Shown here in pieces: positions 8,849 to 16,737 of a DNA stretch of 64,000 bases. The position numbers and the translations under genes were made by a program. Source of the stretch: Vulcanimicrobiota bacterium (GTDB lineage: Bacteria > Vulcanimicrobiota > Xenobia > Xenobiales > JADMJV01); contig JBFWNU010000001.1 in assembly GCA_050250895.1 (NCBI GenBank), forward strand, positions 2,342,210-2,406,209. Direction: 5' to 3'. The notes under the pieces were generated by a model that saw only the letters and a program-made list of their open reading frames with translations, was not told the origin of the DNA and searched no databases. Each line of letters starts with the position of its first letter. Position 1 is the stretch's first letter.

Positions 8849-9262
8849 CTAGTCTTTGATTTGATGGTGAGGCATCCATCGACCGAGCTCTTCCTCCAAC
8901 AATCGGCCGAGATAGTCTACTCCGCTGCGCACCTCTTTGTTGTTGCCGGAGGTGACCAATGGGAGAATCATGCGAAGCTCTGGAAAGCGATGGATGACAG
9001 ATTCGGGGTCTGCGGCCGCGAAATAGATTGCGACTCGCCGCGCGAGTTTGAAAAGCGTTTTGTACTCTTGACCTTGACGCTGTCGTCTTACCTGTCGGCG
9101 TTCCCTGGCCAGGTTTTTGCGATGACTACGGGATTCTAGGCTTCGACGTTTGGCTCCGGAGAGCGGACGTTCTGACTTCAGTGTTCTTCGCACCTCGTTG
9201 CCGCCCGGTGCGATGGGCCGAGTGATAGTCACCATTATATCCCAGCTCGCCGCCCCGAACAA
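8849..9262 (-). CDS. Hypothetical basic protein (137-aa ORF). The frame and strand are uncertain, because an overlapping +ORF 8837..9139 also exists.
   Basis: The C-terminal half (KTLFKLARRVAIYFAAADPESVIHRFPELRMILPLVTSGNNKEVRSGVDYLGRLLEEELGRW) looks protein-like. The N-terminal half is Arg-rich. Confidence 0.25.
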   Translation of the reverse strand: MFGAASWDIMVTITRPIAPGGNEVRRTLKSERPLSGAKRRSLESRSHRKNLARERRQVRRQRQGQEYKTLFKLARRVAIYFAAADPESVIHRFPELRMILPLVTSGNNKEVRSGVDYLGRLLEEELGRWMPHHQIKD

Positions 9263-9368
9263 TCGCTGCCCTGGCCTGACCAGACAGGGGACGAGCGAAG
9301 ATGAGGAGGCTCGCGTTGCCCGAGGAGATCTTCAGGGGGTGGTGGCGATCTCTCGGACCTGATCACCG

Positions 9369-9638
9369 ATGGAGAGTGGTTCTGCAGAACGTCTGTCCCT
9401 GCTGGTGGAGCCAGTGCCGCAACTGGGGCCCGCTGAAAAGCTTCGTATTGCCCTCAAGCTTGCTCAGGCGGGGGTCGAGATGAAGAGGCAGGCGCTCATT
9501 CGCCAGTATCCGAGCGAAACTCCGGAGCAGATCTCCGCGCGGATGCTGGAATGGCAATGTCGACGAGTCGAAGCGCCGTATGGTGATTGCCCGGGGACCT
9601 GGCTGGCGACTAGGACCAGGTCATTTGACTGTCTCTAG
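9369..9638 (+). CDS. Hypothetical small protein (89 aa). Its 3' third is duplicated as a degenerate copy at 10613-10715.
   Basis: The ORF reads ...QYPSETPEQISARMLEWQCRRVEAPYGDCPG. A paralogous, frameshifted copy (YPSETREQVP... / LEWQCRRVEAPCGDCPG) lies about 1.1 kb downstream. Confidence 0.3.
   Translation: MESGSAERLSLLVEPVPQLGPAEKLRIALKLAQAGVEMKRQALIRQYPSETPEQISARMLEWQCRRVEAPYGDCPGTWLATRTRSFDCL
9495..9605. repeat. Left copy of a roughly 105-bp imperfect direct repeat (about 85% identical to 10613-10715) flanking the HTH cassette
   Basis: Aligned by eye: CCAGTATCCGAGCGAAACTCCGGAGCAGATCTCC...CTGGAATGGCAATGTCGACGAGTCGAAGCGCCGTATGGTGATTGCCCGGGGACCTGG against GGTATCCGAGCGAAACCCGGGAGCAAGTCCCC...CTGGAATGGCAATGTCGGCGAGTCGAAGCGCCTTGTGGCGATTGTCCCGGCACCGGG. 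Confidence 0.7.
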
Positions 9639-10153
9639 CTCGCGGATGACGTCCCGGTATCGAGAAAGACAGGCTCTTCTCCGGGGAAGACCGCCTGCAC
9701 GCGTAGCTCTCCGCCTAGAGCGGCGATGTACCTCTGCAGGGTGGTGAGCTGGATGTCTCCCTTTTCCAATCTTGAGACACTTGACTGCTGTATCCCAAGC
9801 CGCTCGGCGAGCTGAACCTGTGTGAGGCCTCGCAGCTCTCGAAGGCGGCTGCGAAGTACGCCCATCGGCGGCCTGGTTGCTTTGCCCTCCGATAGAAGCT
9901 CGATGGCACGCGCAACAGCCTGTTCTAGCTTGGGATAGACTTCGTCGGAACCTTCCCCGTAGCCAGCTTGTCCCGTCGAGAGGCCAAAGCCCTTGTGCGG
10001 TCTCCACTCTACCGCGACAGAATGGCCGTCAAGCTCCAGGTCCAACCACCAGCGCCCGGCAGCATCGCGCGGACGGTCGAGGTATGACTTCAGTTCCGGA
10101 AGCTCTCTCCTCACTGCTCGTTCCAATTTCTCGATCGCGTTCATTCTGGCCAC
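9635..10153 (-). CDS. XRE-family helix-turn-helix protein with an uncharacterised 90-aa N-terminal domain
   Basis: C-terminal HTH LRELRGLTQVQLAERLGIQQSSVSRLEKGD. The N-terminal domain (WWLDLELDGHSVAVEWRPHKGFG...) matches nothing I recognise. It overlaps the upstream gene by 13 nt, so it is probably in an operon. Confidence 0.6.
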   Translation of the reverse strand: MARMNAIEKLERAVRRELPELKSYLDRPRDAAGRWWLDLELDGHSVAVEWRPHKGFGLSTGQAGYGEGSDEVYPKLEQAVARAIELLSEGKATRPPMGVLRSRLRELRGLTQVQLAERLGIQQSSVSRLEKGDIQLTTLQRYIAALGGELRVQAVFPGEEPVFLDTGTSSAS

Positions 10154-10512
10154 ACTCCCTTTCCGTCAGCTCCGTTCTTTCTAAAGAGAATCTCACCAGA
10201 TTCCGGGGGCGTCGCAACCCGGCGTGTTTCGATGGCGCCGTTGGGCCCCAGGAACGTGTTGTGCTGTCGACTGCGGAAGCGTTGAACTCCGTCAAAGCCG
10301 TCGACATTCCTGAGGCTGTCCTTCTGTGGTGGATACATCCGTCCGTCAGTCTGCCAGTTTTCTGGGTCGTAAACAATCCCGGTGAACTCATCCTCAACCT
10401 GGTTCAGTGTCTGCTCAATTTGCAGCAAAGCCTCCTCGGCGTTCCCCGCTGCGGACAGGGCGGCCAGCCTTCGGAAGAATTCCTGCAGGCGTTCGGCGCG
10501 AGAAGATTCCAA
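10141..10512 (-). CDS. Hypothetical 123-aa protein, first gene of the two-gene cassette
   Basis: ORF MESSRAERLQEFFRRLAALSAAGNAEEALLQIEQTLNQVEDEFTGIVYDPENWQTDGRMYPPQKDSL... with no recognisable motif. Confidence 0.45.
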   Translation of the reverse strand: MESSRAERLQEFFRRLAALSAAGNAEEALLQIEQTLNQVEDEFTGIVYDPENWQTDGRMYPPQKDSLRNVDGFDGVQRFRSRQHNTFLGPNGAIETRRVATPPESGEILFRKNGADGKGVWPE

Positions 10513-10612
10513 GAAAGCCTCCAGTAAGTTCCAGCGCTACAGAAAATATAGCTCATAATGCATACCTGGGCAAGATGCGCCAGCGTGCATATTCCAGGAA
10601 GCCTCGATCGAG

Positions 10613-10715
10613 CGCCATCTGGTATCCGAGCGAAACCCGGGAGCAAGTCCCCATGCGCCCTGGAATGGCAATGTCGGCGAGTCGAAGCGCCTTGTGGCGA
10701 TTGTCCCGGCACCGG
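10613..10715. repeat. Right copy of the roughly 105-bp direct repeat; a degenerate pseudo-copy of the 3' end of ORF 9369..9638
   Basis: See the left copy. The coding frame is disrupted between the YPSET and LEWQCRRVEAP segments. Confidence 0.7.
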
Positions 10716-10720
10716 GTGGT

Positions 10721-11041
10721 ATGATGACAATCATGGCCGAGCACGACGACACCTTATGGGTCATCACGATAGACCCCGCAATTGAGCACTACATCGAAAG
10801 AGTCAATGCTGGGGAGGCTCCACTCCACCAATCGTTCGTCGAGGCTCTCCATCGAGCCCTGGAGCACCATCTTAAAGATCCCGAGGTCCCGAGAAGGCTG
10901 CTGAGTATGCCTACATCGGTCCTCTTCCTGCGGGAGATATTCCGGGAAACAATGCCCGACCTGGCCGTCGTGACCTGGACCGACTTGGGACCGAAACAGC
11001 GCGTGGGTTGTGTTCTGATGCTGGAAGTCACAGAGATTTGA
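10721..11041 (+). CDS. Hypothetical protein (about 106 aa from the internal ATG; the ORF track gives 10694)
   Basis: MMTIMAEHDDTLWVITIDPAIEHYIERVNAGEAPLHQSFVEALHRALEHHLKDPEVPRRLL... has protein-like composition but no recognisable motif. Confidence 0.35.
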   Translation: MMTIMAEHDDTLWVITIDPAIEHYIERVNAGEAPLHQSFVEALHRALEHHLKDPEVPRRLLSMPTSVLFLREIFRETMPDLAVVTWTDLGPKQRVGCVLMLEVTEI

Positions 11042-11088
11042 CCGGGTAGTGGGCGTGTGATACCGGCCAAGACTGGGATCAGGCCGCT

Positions 11089-12981
11089 TCACTCCAGCAG
11101 GCGACGGAACTCGGCGGCCCGGTCGTGGAAGCGGCGTTGCCATAGTTCGAGGCAGACCAGGCCCCAGAGCTTGCGGCCAAAGCGGGGCTCGGCGTCGAGG
11201 CCCGCCAGCACCTGGTGATGGTCGACATAGTCGCGCTCCCGGCTGAGCAGGTCGCGCACGAAGTCGCGGGCGGGGCCCTGGAACCACTCGGCCACCGGGG
11301 TGGGAAAGCCCATTTTGTCCTGGCGCTGGGCGATCTCTTTGGGCACGTAGCCGCCCATGGCGTTGCGAAAGACGTGCTTGAGGGTGCCGTCGCGAAACTT
11401 GACGCTGGCGGGCATGGTGGCGGCCAGTTCGACCATGGGGTGGTCGAGCAGCGGCACCCGCGACTCGAGGCCGTGGGCCATGCTGACCCGGTCCTCGACG
11501 TGCAGCAGGGCCGGCAACAGCGTCTTGAAGTCGAAGTTGGTCATCAGGTCGAAATACGAATCGCGCCGCACGTTGGGCCCGTAGAAGATCGACGAGAACA
11601 CCTCGAAGGGCGAGTATTCGGGCAGCTGGTCCCAGCGGATCTCGTCGCGCAGGGTCTGGGCCCGGTCGACCAGGCGAAAATAGCGCCGGTCCATCGACTC
11701 GAACAGGCCCTCTGACCAGAAGCTCTGCAGCAGCGGCTTGTAGTTGCGCAGGGCGGTCAGGTTGGGGATGATCGACTCGTAGGTGACCACGAAGTTGCCG
11801 TTGTGCATGGTGCCGTCGATGGCGGCTTTGATGCACTGCTCGAAATAGGCGATCAGATAGCGGGTGTAGCCTCCGAAGAGCTCGTCGCCGCCCTGGCCTC
11901 CGAGCACCACCTTGCGATGGCGGGCGGCCTCGCGGCTGACCACGAACTGCGAGAACGAGCCGGGGCCGGCCACCGGATAGTCGAGATGGTAGATGACCTT
12001 CTCGATGTCGGCCAGAAAGTCGTCGACGGTGATGTCGACCGAAATCAGCTCGAAGTGGTGGCGGTCTGACACCAGTTTGGCATAGGCACTCTCGTCGTAC
12101 TCGGGGCCCAGGTCAAAGCGCCCGTGAAACCCCACGAAGGGGCGGCTGCGCTCGGCCGCCAGGCTGGCCACCAGACTCGAGTCGAGGCCTCCGGAAAGGT
12201 AGGCTCCCAGGGGCACGTCGGCCCGCAAGTGCAGCTCGATCGACTCGTGGACCAGATCATTTAAGCGGCGCTCGAAGTAGAGCTCGGTGTGCTCGAGGTC
12301 GACCCCGTAATAGACCTCCCAGTAGCGGCGCGTGCGGGTGCCCTCGGCGTCGCGCCAGAGCAAGTGGCCGGCCTCGAGCTCGCGCACCTGACGAAAGAGG
12401 GTCTTGCCGGCCAGACAGAACTGAAAGACCAGATAGTCCATCAGGCCTTCGTTGTCGGTGGCCACCTCGGGCAGAAAGGGCAGCAGCGCCTTGGGCTCGG
12501 AGGCGAAATAGAAGACTCCCCCCTGCTCGGTGTAGTAGAACGGCTTGATCCCGAAGCGGTCGCGGGCGCAAAACAGGCGCTGGTTGGCCTCGTCCCAGAG
12601 GGCGAAGCTGAACATGCCGCGCAGCTTGTCGAGGACCGCCTCGCCCCAGCGGCGATAGCCCACCAGGATGACCTCGGTGTCGCAGGTGGTGCGAAAGTTC
12701 TCTTCGCCAAGCTCCTGGCGCAGCTCGAGATAGTTGTAGATCTCGCCGTTGTAGGTCAGGTAGTTGCCGTGGCCGTCGCTCATGGGCTGGGCCCCGCCCT
12801 CGAGGTCGATAATCGACAGGCGGCGGTGGGCCAGACCCAGGCGGCCGCTGGGGTGAGTCCAGACTCCGTGGCCGTCGGGGCCGCGGTGGGCCAGCAGATC
12901 GTTCATGACGGTCAGGCCACGTTCGAGGTGGGGGAGGGGGCCGGGACTCACGATTCCGGCAATGCCGCACATAGAGAACAA
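11089..12981 (-). CDS. Asparagine synthase (glutamine-hydrolysing) family amidotransferase (AsnB-like)
   Basis: N-terminal Ntn nucleophile MCGIAGIV. The synthetase domain carries the PP-loop YLSGGLDSS. Length is 630 aa. It is divergent from the carbamoyltransferase operon. Confidence 0.85.
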   Translation of the reverse strand: MFSMCGIAGIVSPGPLPHLERGLTVMNDLLAHRGPDGHGVWTHPSGRLGLAHRRLSIIDLEGGAQPMSDGHGNYLTYNGEIYNYLELRQELGEENFRTTCDTEVILVGYRRWGEAVLDKLRGMFSFALWDEANQRLFCARDRFGIKPFYYTEQGGVFYFASEPKALLPFLPEVATDNEGLMDYLVFQFCLAGKTLFRQVRELEAGHLLWRDAEGTRTRRYWEVYYGVDLEHTELYFERRLNDLVHESIELHLRADVPLGAYLSGGLDSSLVASLAAERSRPFVGFHGRFDLGPEYDESAYAKLVSDRHHFELISVDITVDDFLADIEKVIYHLDYPVAGPGSFSQFVVSREAARHRKVVLGGQGGDELFGGYTRYLIAYFEQCIKAAIDGTMHNGNFVVTYESIIPNLTALRNYKPLLQSFWSEGLFESMDRRYFRLVDRAQTLRDEIRWDQLPEYSPFEVFSSIFYGPNVRRDSYFDLMTNFDFKTLLPALLHVEDRVSMAHGLESRVPLLDHPMVELAATMPASVKFRDGTLKHVFRNAMGGYVPKEIAQRQDKMGFPTPVAEWFQGPARDFVRDLLSRERDYVDHHQVLAGLDAEPRFGRKLWGLVCLELWQRRFHDRAAEFRRLLE

Positions 12982-13050
12982 CTACGCGTCGGGCGCCAAA
13001 CGACCTTCAGGCGGCGGAGGAACTCGAACGGTCGACTCAAAGATAACAGG

Positions 13051-13452
13051 GTGAAAGAAGACCTCGCCGCCAATCGCCGCGCCGGGGTGATCCAGGCCCT
13101 GGTGGCGGGCCTGGTGGGTGGCTTGTCTTTTCACTTCTGGCGGGTCGAGGTGGCCTATGTCGCTTTCGGCTTTTGCGGCCTGTTTCTGGTGGCCGGGCTG
13201 TTCTCTCCTGGAGGGCTCTATCCGGCCATTCGCAAGGTCTTTGACGGCTTCGGTCGGGTCGTGGGCACGGTGCTGACCTGGGTCTTGCTGGTGCCTACCT
13301 ACTGGCTGTTTTTTACTCCCTTTCACCTGCTCTTTCGCCGCGGCAGCCGCGATTCGATGACTCGCCGGCTCGATAAAGAGGCAGCCTCGTATTGGATCGA
13401 GCGCAGCGGTCAGGTGCCCGAGCCCGAGAGCTACGAGCGGCAGTTTCGATGA
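13051..13452 (+). CDS. SxtJ-like small membrane protein (partner protein of carbamoyltransferases)
   Basis: These are the last 133 codons of ORF-track entry 12289..13452, whose 5' part is antisense to asnB. GTG at 13051 (residue 255) begins VKEDLAANRRAGVIQALVAGLVGGLSFHFW...LTWVLLVPTYWLFFTPFHLLFRRGSRD, which has two hydrophobic segments. It overlaps the carbamoyltransferase ATG by 4 nt. Confidence 0.5.
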   Translation: MKEDLAANRRAGVIQALVAGLVGGLSFHFWRVEVAYVAFGFCGLFLVAGLFSPGGLYPAIRKVFDGFGRVVGTVLTWVLLVPTYWLFFTPFHLLFRRGSRDSMTRRLDKEAASYWIERSGQVPEPESYERQFR

Positions 13453-15269
13453 ACATTCTCGGCATCAGCGCCTTTTACCACGACTCGGCCGCCTGCCTGG
13501 TCGAGTCGGGCCGCATCGTGGCCGCCGCTCAGGAGGAGCGCTTCACCCGCAAGAAAGCCGACGCCGACTTTCCTTACGAGTCGGTGCGCTACTGCCTGAG
13601 CCAGATGCAGGGCGAGCTGGCGGCGGTCGCCTTTTATGATAAGCCGTTGACCAAGTTCCATCGCATCCTCGAGACCTATCTTTCGGTGGCTCCCCGGGGT
13701 CTCAAGCCTTATCTGCAGGCCGTGCCCCTGTGGTTGCGCGAGAAGCTGTGGATTCATCCTCAGATCCAGCAGGCGCTCGAGCAATGCGGGGTCAAGGCTC
13801 CCGAGCAGTTCTACTTTCCCGAGCACCACGAATCGCACGCCGCCAGCGCCTTTTATCCCAGCCCGTTTCAAGAGGCGGCCATCGTCACCCTCGACGGAGT
13901 GGGCGAGTGGACCACCACCAGCATCGCCGTGGGCGAGGGCAACCAGGTTCGCATGGTGCGCGAGCTGCACTTTCCTCATTCGCTGGGAATGTTGTATTCG
14001 GCTTTCACCTACTATACCGGCTTCAAGGTGAATTCGGGCGAGTATAAACTGATGGGACTGGCTCCCTACGGCCAGCCCACCTATGTTGACAAGATCAAGG
14101 ACCACCTCATCGACATCAAGGCCGACGGCTCGTATCGGCTGAATATGGACTACTTCGCGTATCTTGACGACCTGGTGATGGTCAATGAGCGCTTTCACCA
14201 GCTTTTCGGAGGCGAACCGCGTCAGGCCGAGTCGCCTTTGACCCGGCGCGAGATGGACCTGGCCGCCTCGATCCAGGTGGTGACCGAAGAGGTGGTGCTA
14301 AAGATAGCCGCCCATGCCCGCGAGCTGACCGGCAAAGCCAACCTTTGTCTGGCCGGCGGGGTGGCCCTCAACTGCGTGGCCAACGGTCGTCTGCTGCGGG
14401 AGGGGATTTTCGACGACCTTTGGATTCAGCCGGCCGCGGGCGATGCCGGCGGAGCGCTGGGAGCGGCCATGTTGGTCTGGCACCAGATTGAAGGCAAGCC
14501 GCGCCAGGCCGGCCCCACCGATCAGATGCAGGGAGCCTATCTCGGGCCTGAATATAGCCCTGAGGAGATCCGCGCCTTTCTGGACGAGCACGGCTACGTC
14601 TATGAAGAACTGGCGCCCCAGGAGTGGGCCAGCCGGTTGGCCGAGATCCTCGACGGCGAGAACGTCATCGGCTTGCTCCAGGGGCGCATGGAGTTTGGCC
14701 CGCGGGCGCTGGGCAATCGCTCGATTATCGGTGATGCCCGCTCGCCCAAGATGCAGGCGGCCATGAACCTCAAGATCAAGTACCGCGAGAGCTTTCGCCC
14801 GTTCGCTCCCAGTTGTCTGGAGGAGTGCATCGGCGAGTATTTCGAACTCGACCGGCCCTCGCCTTACATGCTGCTGGTGGCCCAGGTCCAGCCAGAGCGT
14901 TGCGTGCCGCCCCAGGGCGACGAGCGCGAGCTGGAGGTGCGCGAGTGGGTCAACCGCCCGCGCTCGGATATTCCGGCCATTACCCACGTCGATTTTTCGG
15001 CCCGGGTTCAGTCGGTCAATCAGACCACCAATCCCAGCTATTACGCTCTGCTCAAGGCTTTTCAAGCGCGCACCGGTTTTGGCATCATCACCAACACCAG
15101 TTTCAACGTGCGCGGAGAGCCCATCGTGTGCACGCCTGAGGACGCCTATCGCTGTTTTATGCGCACCGAGATGGACTATCTGGTGCTGGGGCCGTTTCTG
15201 TTGGCCAAGCCCGCCCAGCCCGAGTGGAAAGAAACCAAAAAGTGGCAAGAAGACTTCGTGCTGGATTGA
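13449..15269 (+). CDS. Carbamoyltransferase (NodU/CmcH/SxtI family)
   Basis: Starts at the internal Met of the ORF (MNILGISAFYHDSAACLVESGRIVAAAQEERFTRKK), the characteristic N-terminus of this family. About 606 aa. Confidence 0.85.
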   Translation: MNILGISAFYHDSAACLVESGRIVAAAQEERFTRKKADADFPYESVRYCLSQMQGELAAVAFYDKPLTKFHRILETYLSVAPRGLKPYLQAVPLWLREKLWIHPQIQQALEQCGVKAPEQFYFPEHHESHAASAFYPSPFQEAAIVTLDGVGEWTTTSIAVGEGNQVRMVRELHFPHSLGMLYSAFTYYTGFKVNSGEYKLMGLAPYGQPTYVDKIKDHLIDIKADGSYRLNMDYFAYLDDLVMVNERFHQLFGGEPRQAESPLTRREMDLAASIQVVTEEVVLKIAAHARELTGKANLCLAGGVALNCVANGRLLREGIFDDLWIQPAAGDAGGALGAAMLVWHQIEGKPRQAGPTDQMQGAYLGPEYSPEEIRAFLDEHGYVYEELAPQEWASRLAEILDGENVIGLLQGRMEFGPRALGNRSIIGDARSPKMQAAMNLKIKYRESFRPFAPSCLEECIGEYFELDRPSPYMLLVAQVQPERCVPPQGDERELEVREWVNRPRSDIPAITHVDFSARVQSVNQTTNPSYYALLKAFQARTGFGIITNTSFNVRGEPIVCTPEDAYRCFMRTEMDYLVLGPFLLAKPAQPEWKETKKWQEDFVLD

Positions 15270-15288
15270 CAGAATAGAGCCAGAGACC

Positions 15289-15450
15289 ATGAAACTAAGC
15301 TATCTTGGAAAGCTGCTCAAAGAGCTCTATCTGTTCGCCAAGAAAGAGAAGGCCTACTGGATCGTGCCGCTGGTGCTGATGCTGCTGCTCTTCTCGGTGC
15401 TGGTGGTCACGGGGCAAACGGTGGCTCCCTTTATCTACACCCTGTTTTGA
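15289..15450 (+). CDS. SxtK-like small membrane protein (DUF5989-like; carbamoyltransferase-associated)
   Basis: Internal ATG of ORF 15079..15450 gives MKLSYLGKLLKELYLFAKKEKAYWIVPLVLMLLLFSVLVVTGQTVAPFIYTLF (53 aa, one TM). It starts 20 nt after the carbamoyltransferase stop. Confidence 0.55.
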   Translation: MKLSYLGKLLKELYLFAKKEKAYWIVPLVLMLLLFSVLVVTGQTVAPFIYTLF

Positions 15451-16700
15451 CCCCCGATTACGTGCTGGGGTGCCTGGGCCGCTATTGGCCCACCGGCGGG
15501 CGGCTGATTCTCGAGCTTCCCCTGGTCCAGCATACCCGCGGAGGTCATCAGCTGCGCCTGGTGTCGCTGCCGGATTGGCACCCCGGCGAGTTGTTGGTGC
15601 CGGCCTGGGCCGCTCCCGAGGGTGACTGGGAGCGGGTGGACTGGCTGGGGGCGGCCATGTGGTTTTTGCACGGTCAGGCCGAGCGCGATCTCGAGCGGGT
15701 GCACGGGCCGGTCCACTCCTACAGTCTGCGCCTGGATCTCGACTCGCGCATGTGGGATAAAGCCTGGGTCAACCGCATCGCGCTCTTTTTGCGAGCCTGG
15801 GTGGCCCATCGTCTGGGCCAGAGCGAGGCCGAGTTGTTCGGGCCCAGGCCCAAGGCCGAATTTATGCTCACCCACGATGTGGACGCGGTGGCCAAGACCG
15901 TGGCCATCCGCGGCAAGCAGACTGCCTTCCATCTGTTCAACGGGCTCCGTCAACTGGCCCGCGGTCGCCTGGGAGGAGCGGTGGCGGCCTGGCGGCGCGC
16001 GGTGCAGTTCTCGGTCTCGGCCGAAGATTATTGGTGTTTCGAGTGGCTGATGGCGCTCGAGGCCGCTCATGGCGTGACCAGCCACTACAACTTCTATGGC
16101 GGACCCGGCGGATGGGGGCGGGATCCCGTGCGCCTGCTGCTCGACCCGGCCTACAACGTGGACCACCCGCGCCTGCGCGAGGTGCTGGCCCGACTGGTGA
16201 CCGCCGGCCACGCGGTGGGTTTGCACCAGTCTTTTCACGCCTGGCAAGACGCCGCTTCCATGGCGCGCGAGAAGGCTCGCCTCGAGGCGGCCCTGGGCCG
16301 GCCGGTCAAGGAGTGCCGCCAACACTGGTTGCGTTTCTCCTGGCAGCACACATGGCAGGCTCAGCAAGAGGCTGGATTGACCCTTGACAGCACTCTGGGC
16401 TTCAACGACCGGCCCGGATTTCGCACGGCCGGGGCCCTGCGCTACCATCCCTGGGACCCCGAAACCGGCCGGCCCATGGGCCTGGAAGTGGTGCCGATGG
16501 TCTTGATGGATTCGCATCTCTACGATTATCTGGGTCTTGACGACGAGGCCGAGCGACGCCGCCACATCGACCACTGGCTCGACGAGGTGATGGCGGTGGG
16601 CGGCGTGGCCAGCCTGACCTGGCACCAGCGGGTGGTCAGCCAGGACTATGGCTGGGGACCGGGCTACGAGCACGTGCTGGCCCGAGTGGCCCCCCGCTGA
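15447..16700 (+). CDS. Polysaccharide deacetylase-like protein (ArnD/NodB-type fold suggested)
   Basis: An HDVD motif (LTHDVDAVAKT) resembles the D-x-D metal site of NodB/ArnD deacetylases. Length is 417 aa. The start overlaps the previous gene's stop. Confidence 0.45.
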   Translation: MTPDYVLGCLGRYWPTGGRLILELPLVQHTRGGHQLRLVSLPDWHPGELLVPAWAAPEGDWERVDWLGAAMWFLHGQAERDLERVHGPVHSYSLRLDLDSRMWDKAWVNRIALFLRAWVAHRLGQSEAELFGPRPKAEFMLTHDVDAVAKTVAIRGKQTAFHLFNGLRQLARGRLGGAVAAWRRAVQFSVSAEDYWCFEWLMALEAAHGVTSHYNFYGGPGGWGRDPVRLLLDPAYNVDHPRLREVLARLVTAGHAVGLHQSFHAWQDAASMAREKARLEAALGRPVKECRQHWLRFSWQHTWQAQQEAGLTLDSTLGFNDRPGFRTAGALRYHPWDPETGRPMGLEVVPMVLMDSHLYDYLGLDDEAERRRHIDHWLDEVMAVGGVASLTWHQRVVSQDYGWGPGYEHVLARVAPR

Positions 16701-16737
16701 GAGAAGGTCACCGGGTTTGGGCGCCGAAAACAGCGGT

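Noticed and set aside
10754-11836. 360-aa minus-strand ORF
   Set aside because: It lies inside, and out of frame with, the well-supported asnB gene (11089..12981). Its Arg/Pro-rich translation is an artefact.
12257-12970. 237-aa minus ORF and the 5' two-thirds of the 387-aa plus ORF 12289..13452
   Set aside because: Alternative-frame or antisense artefacts over asnB. Only the last 133 codons of the plus ORF (13051..13452) look genuine.
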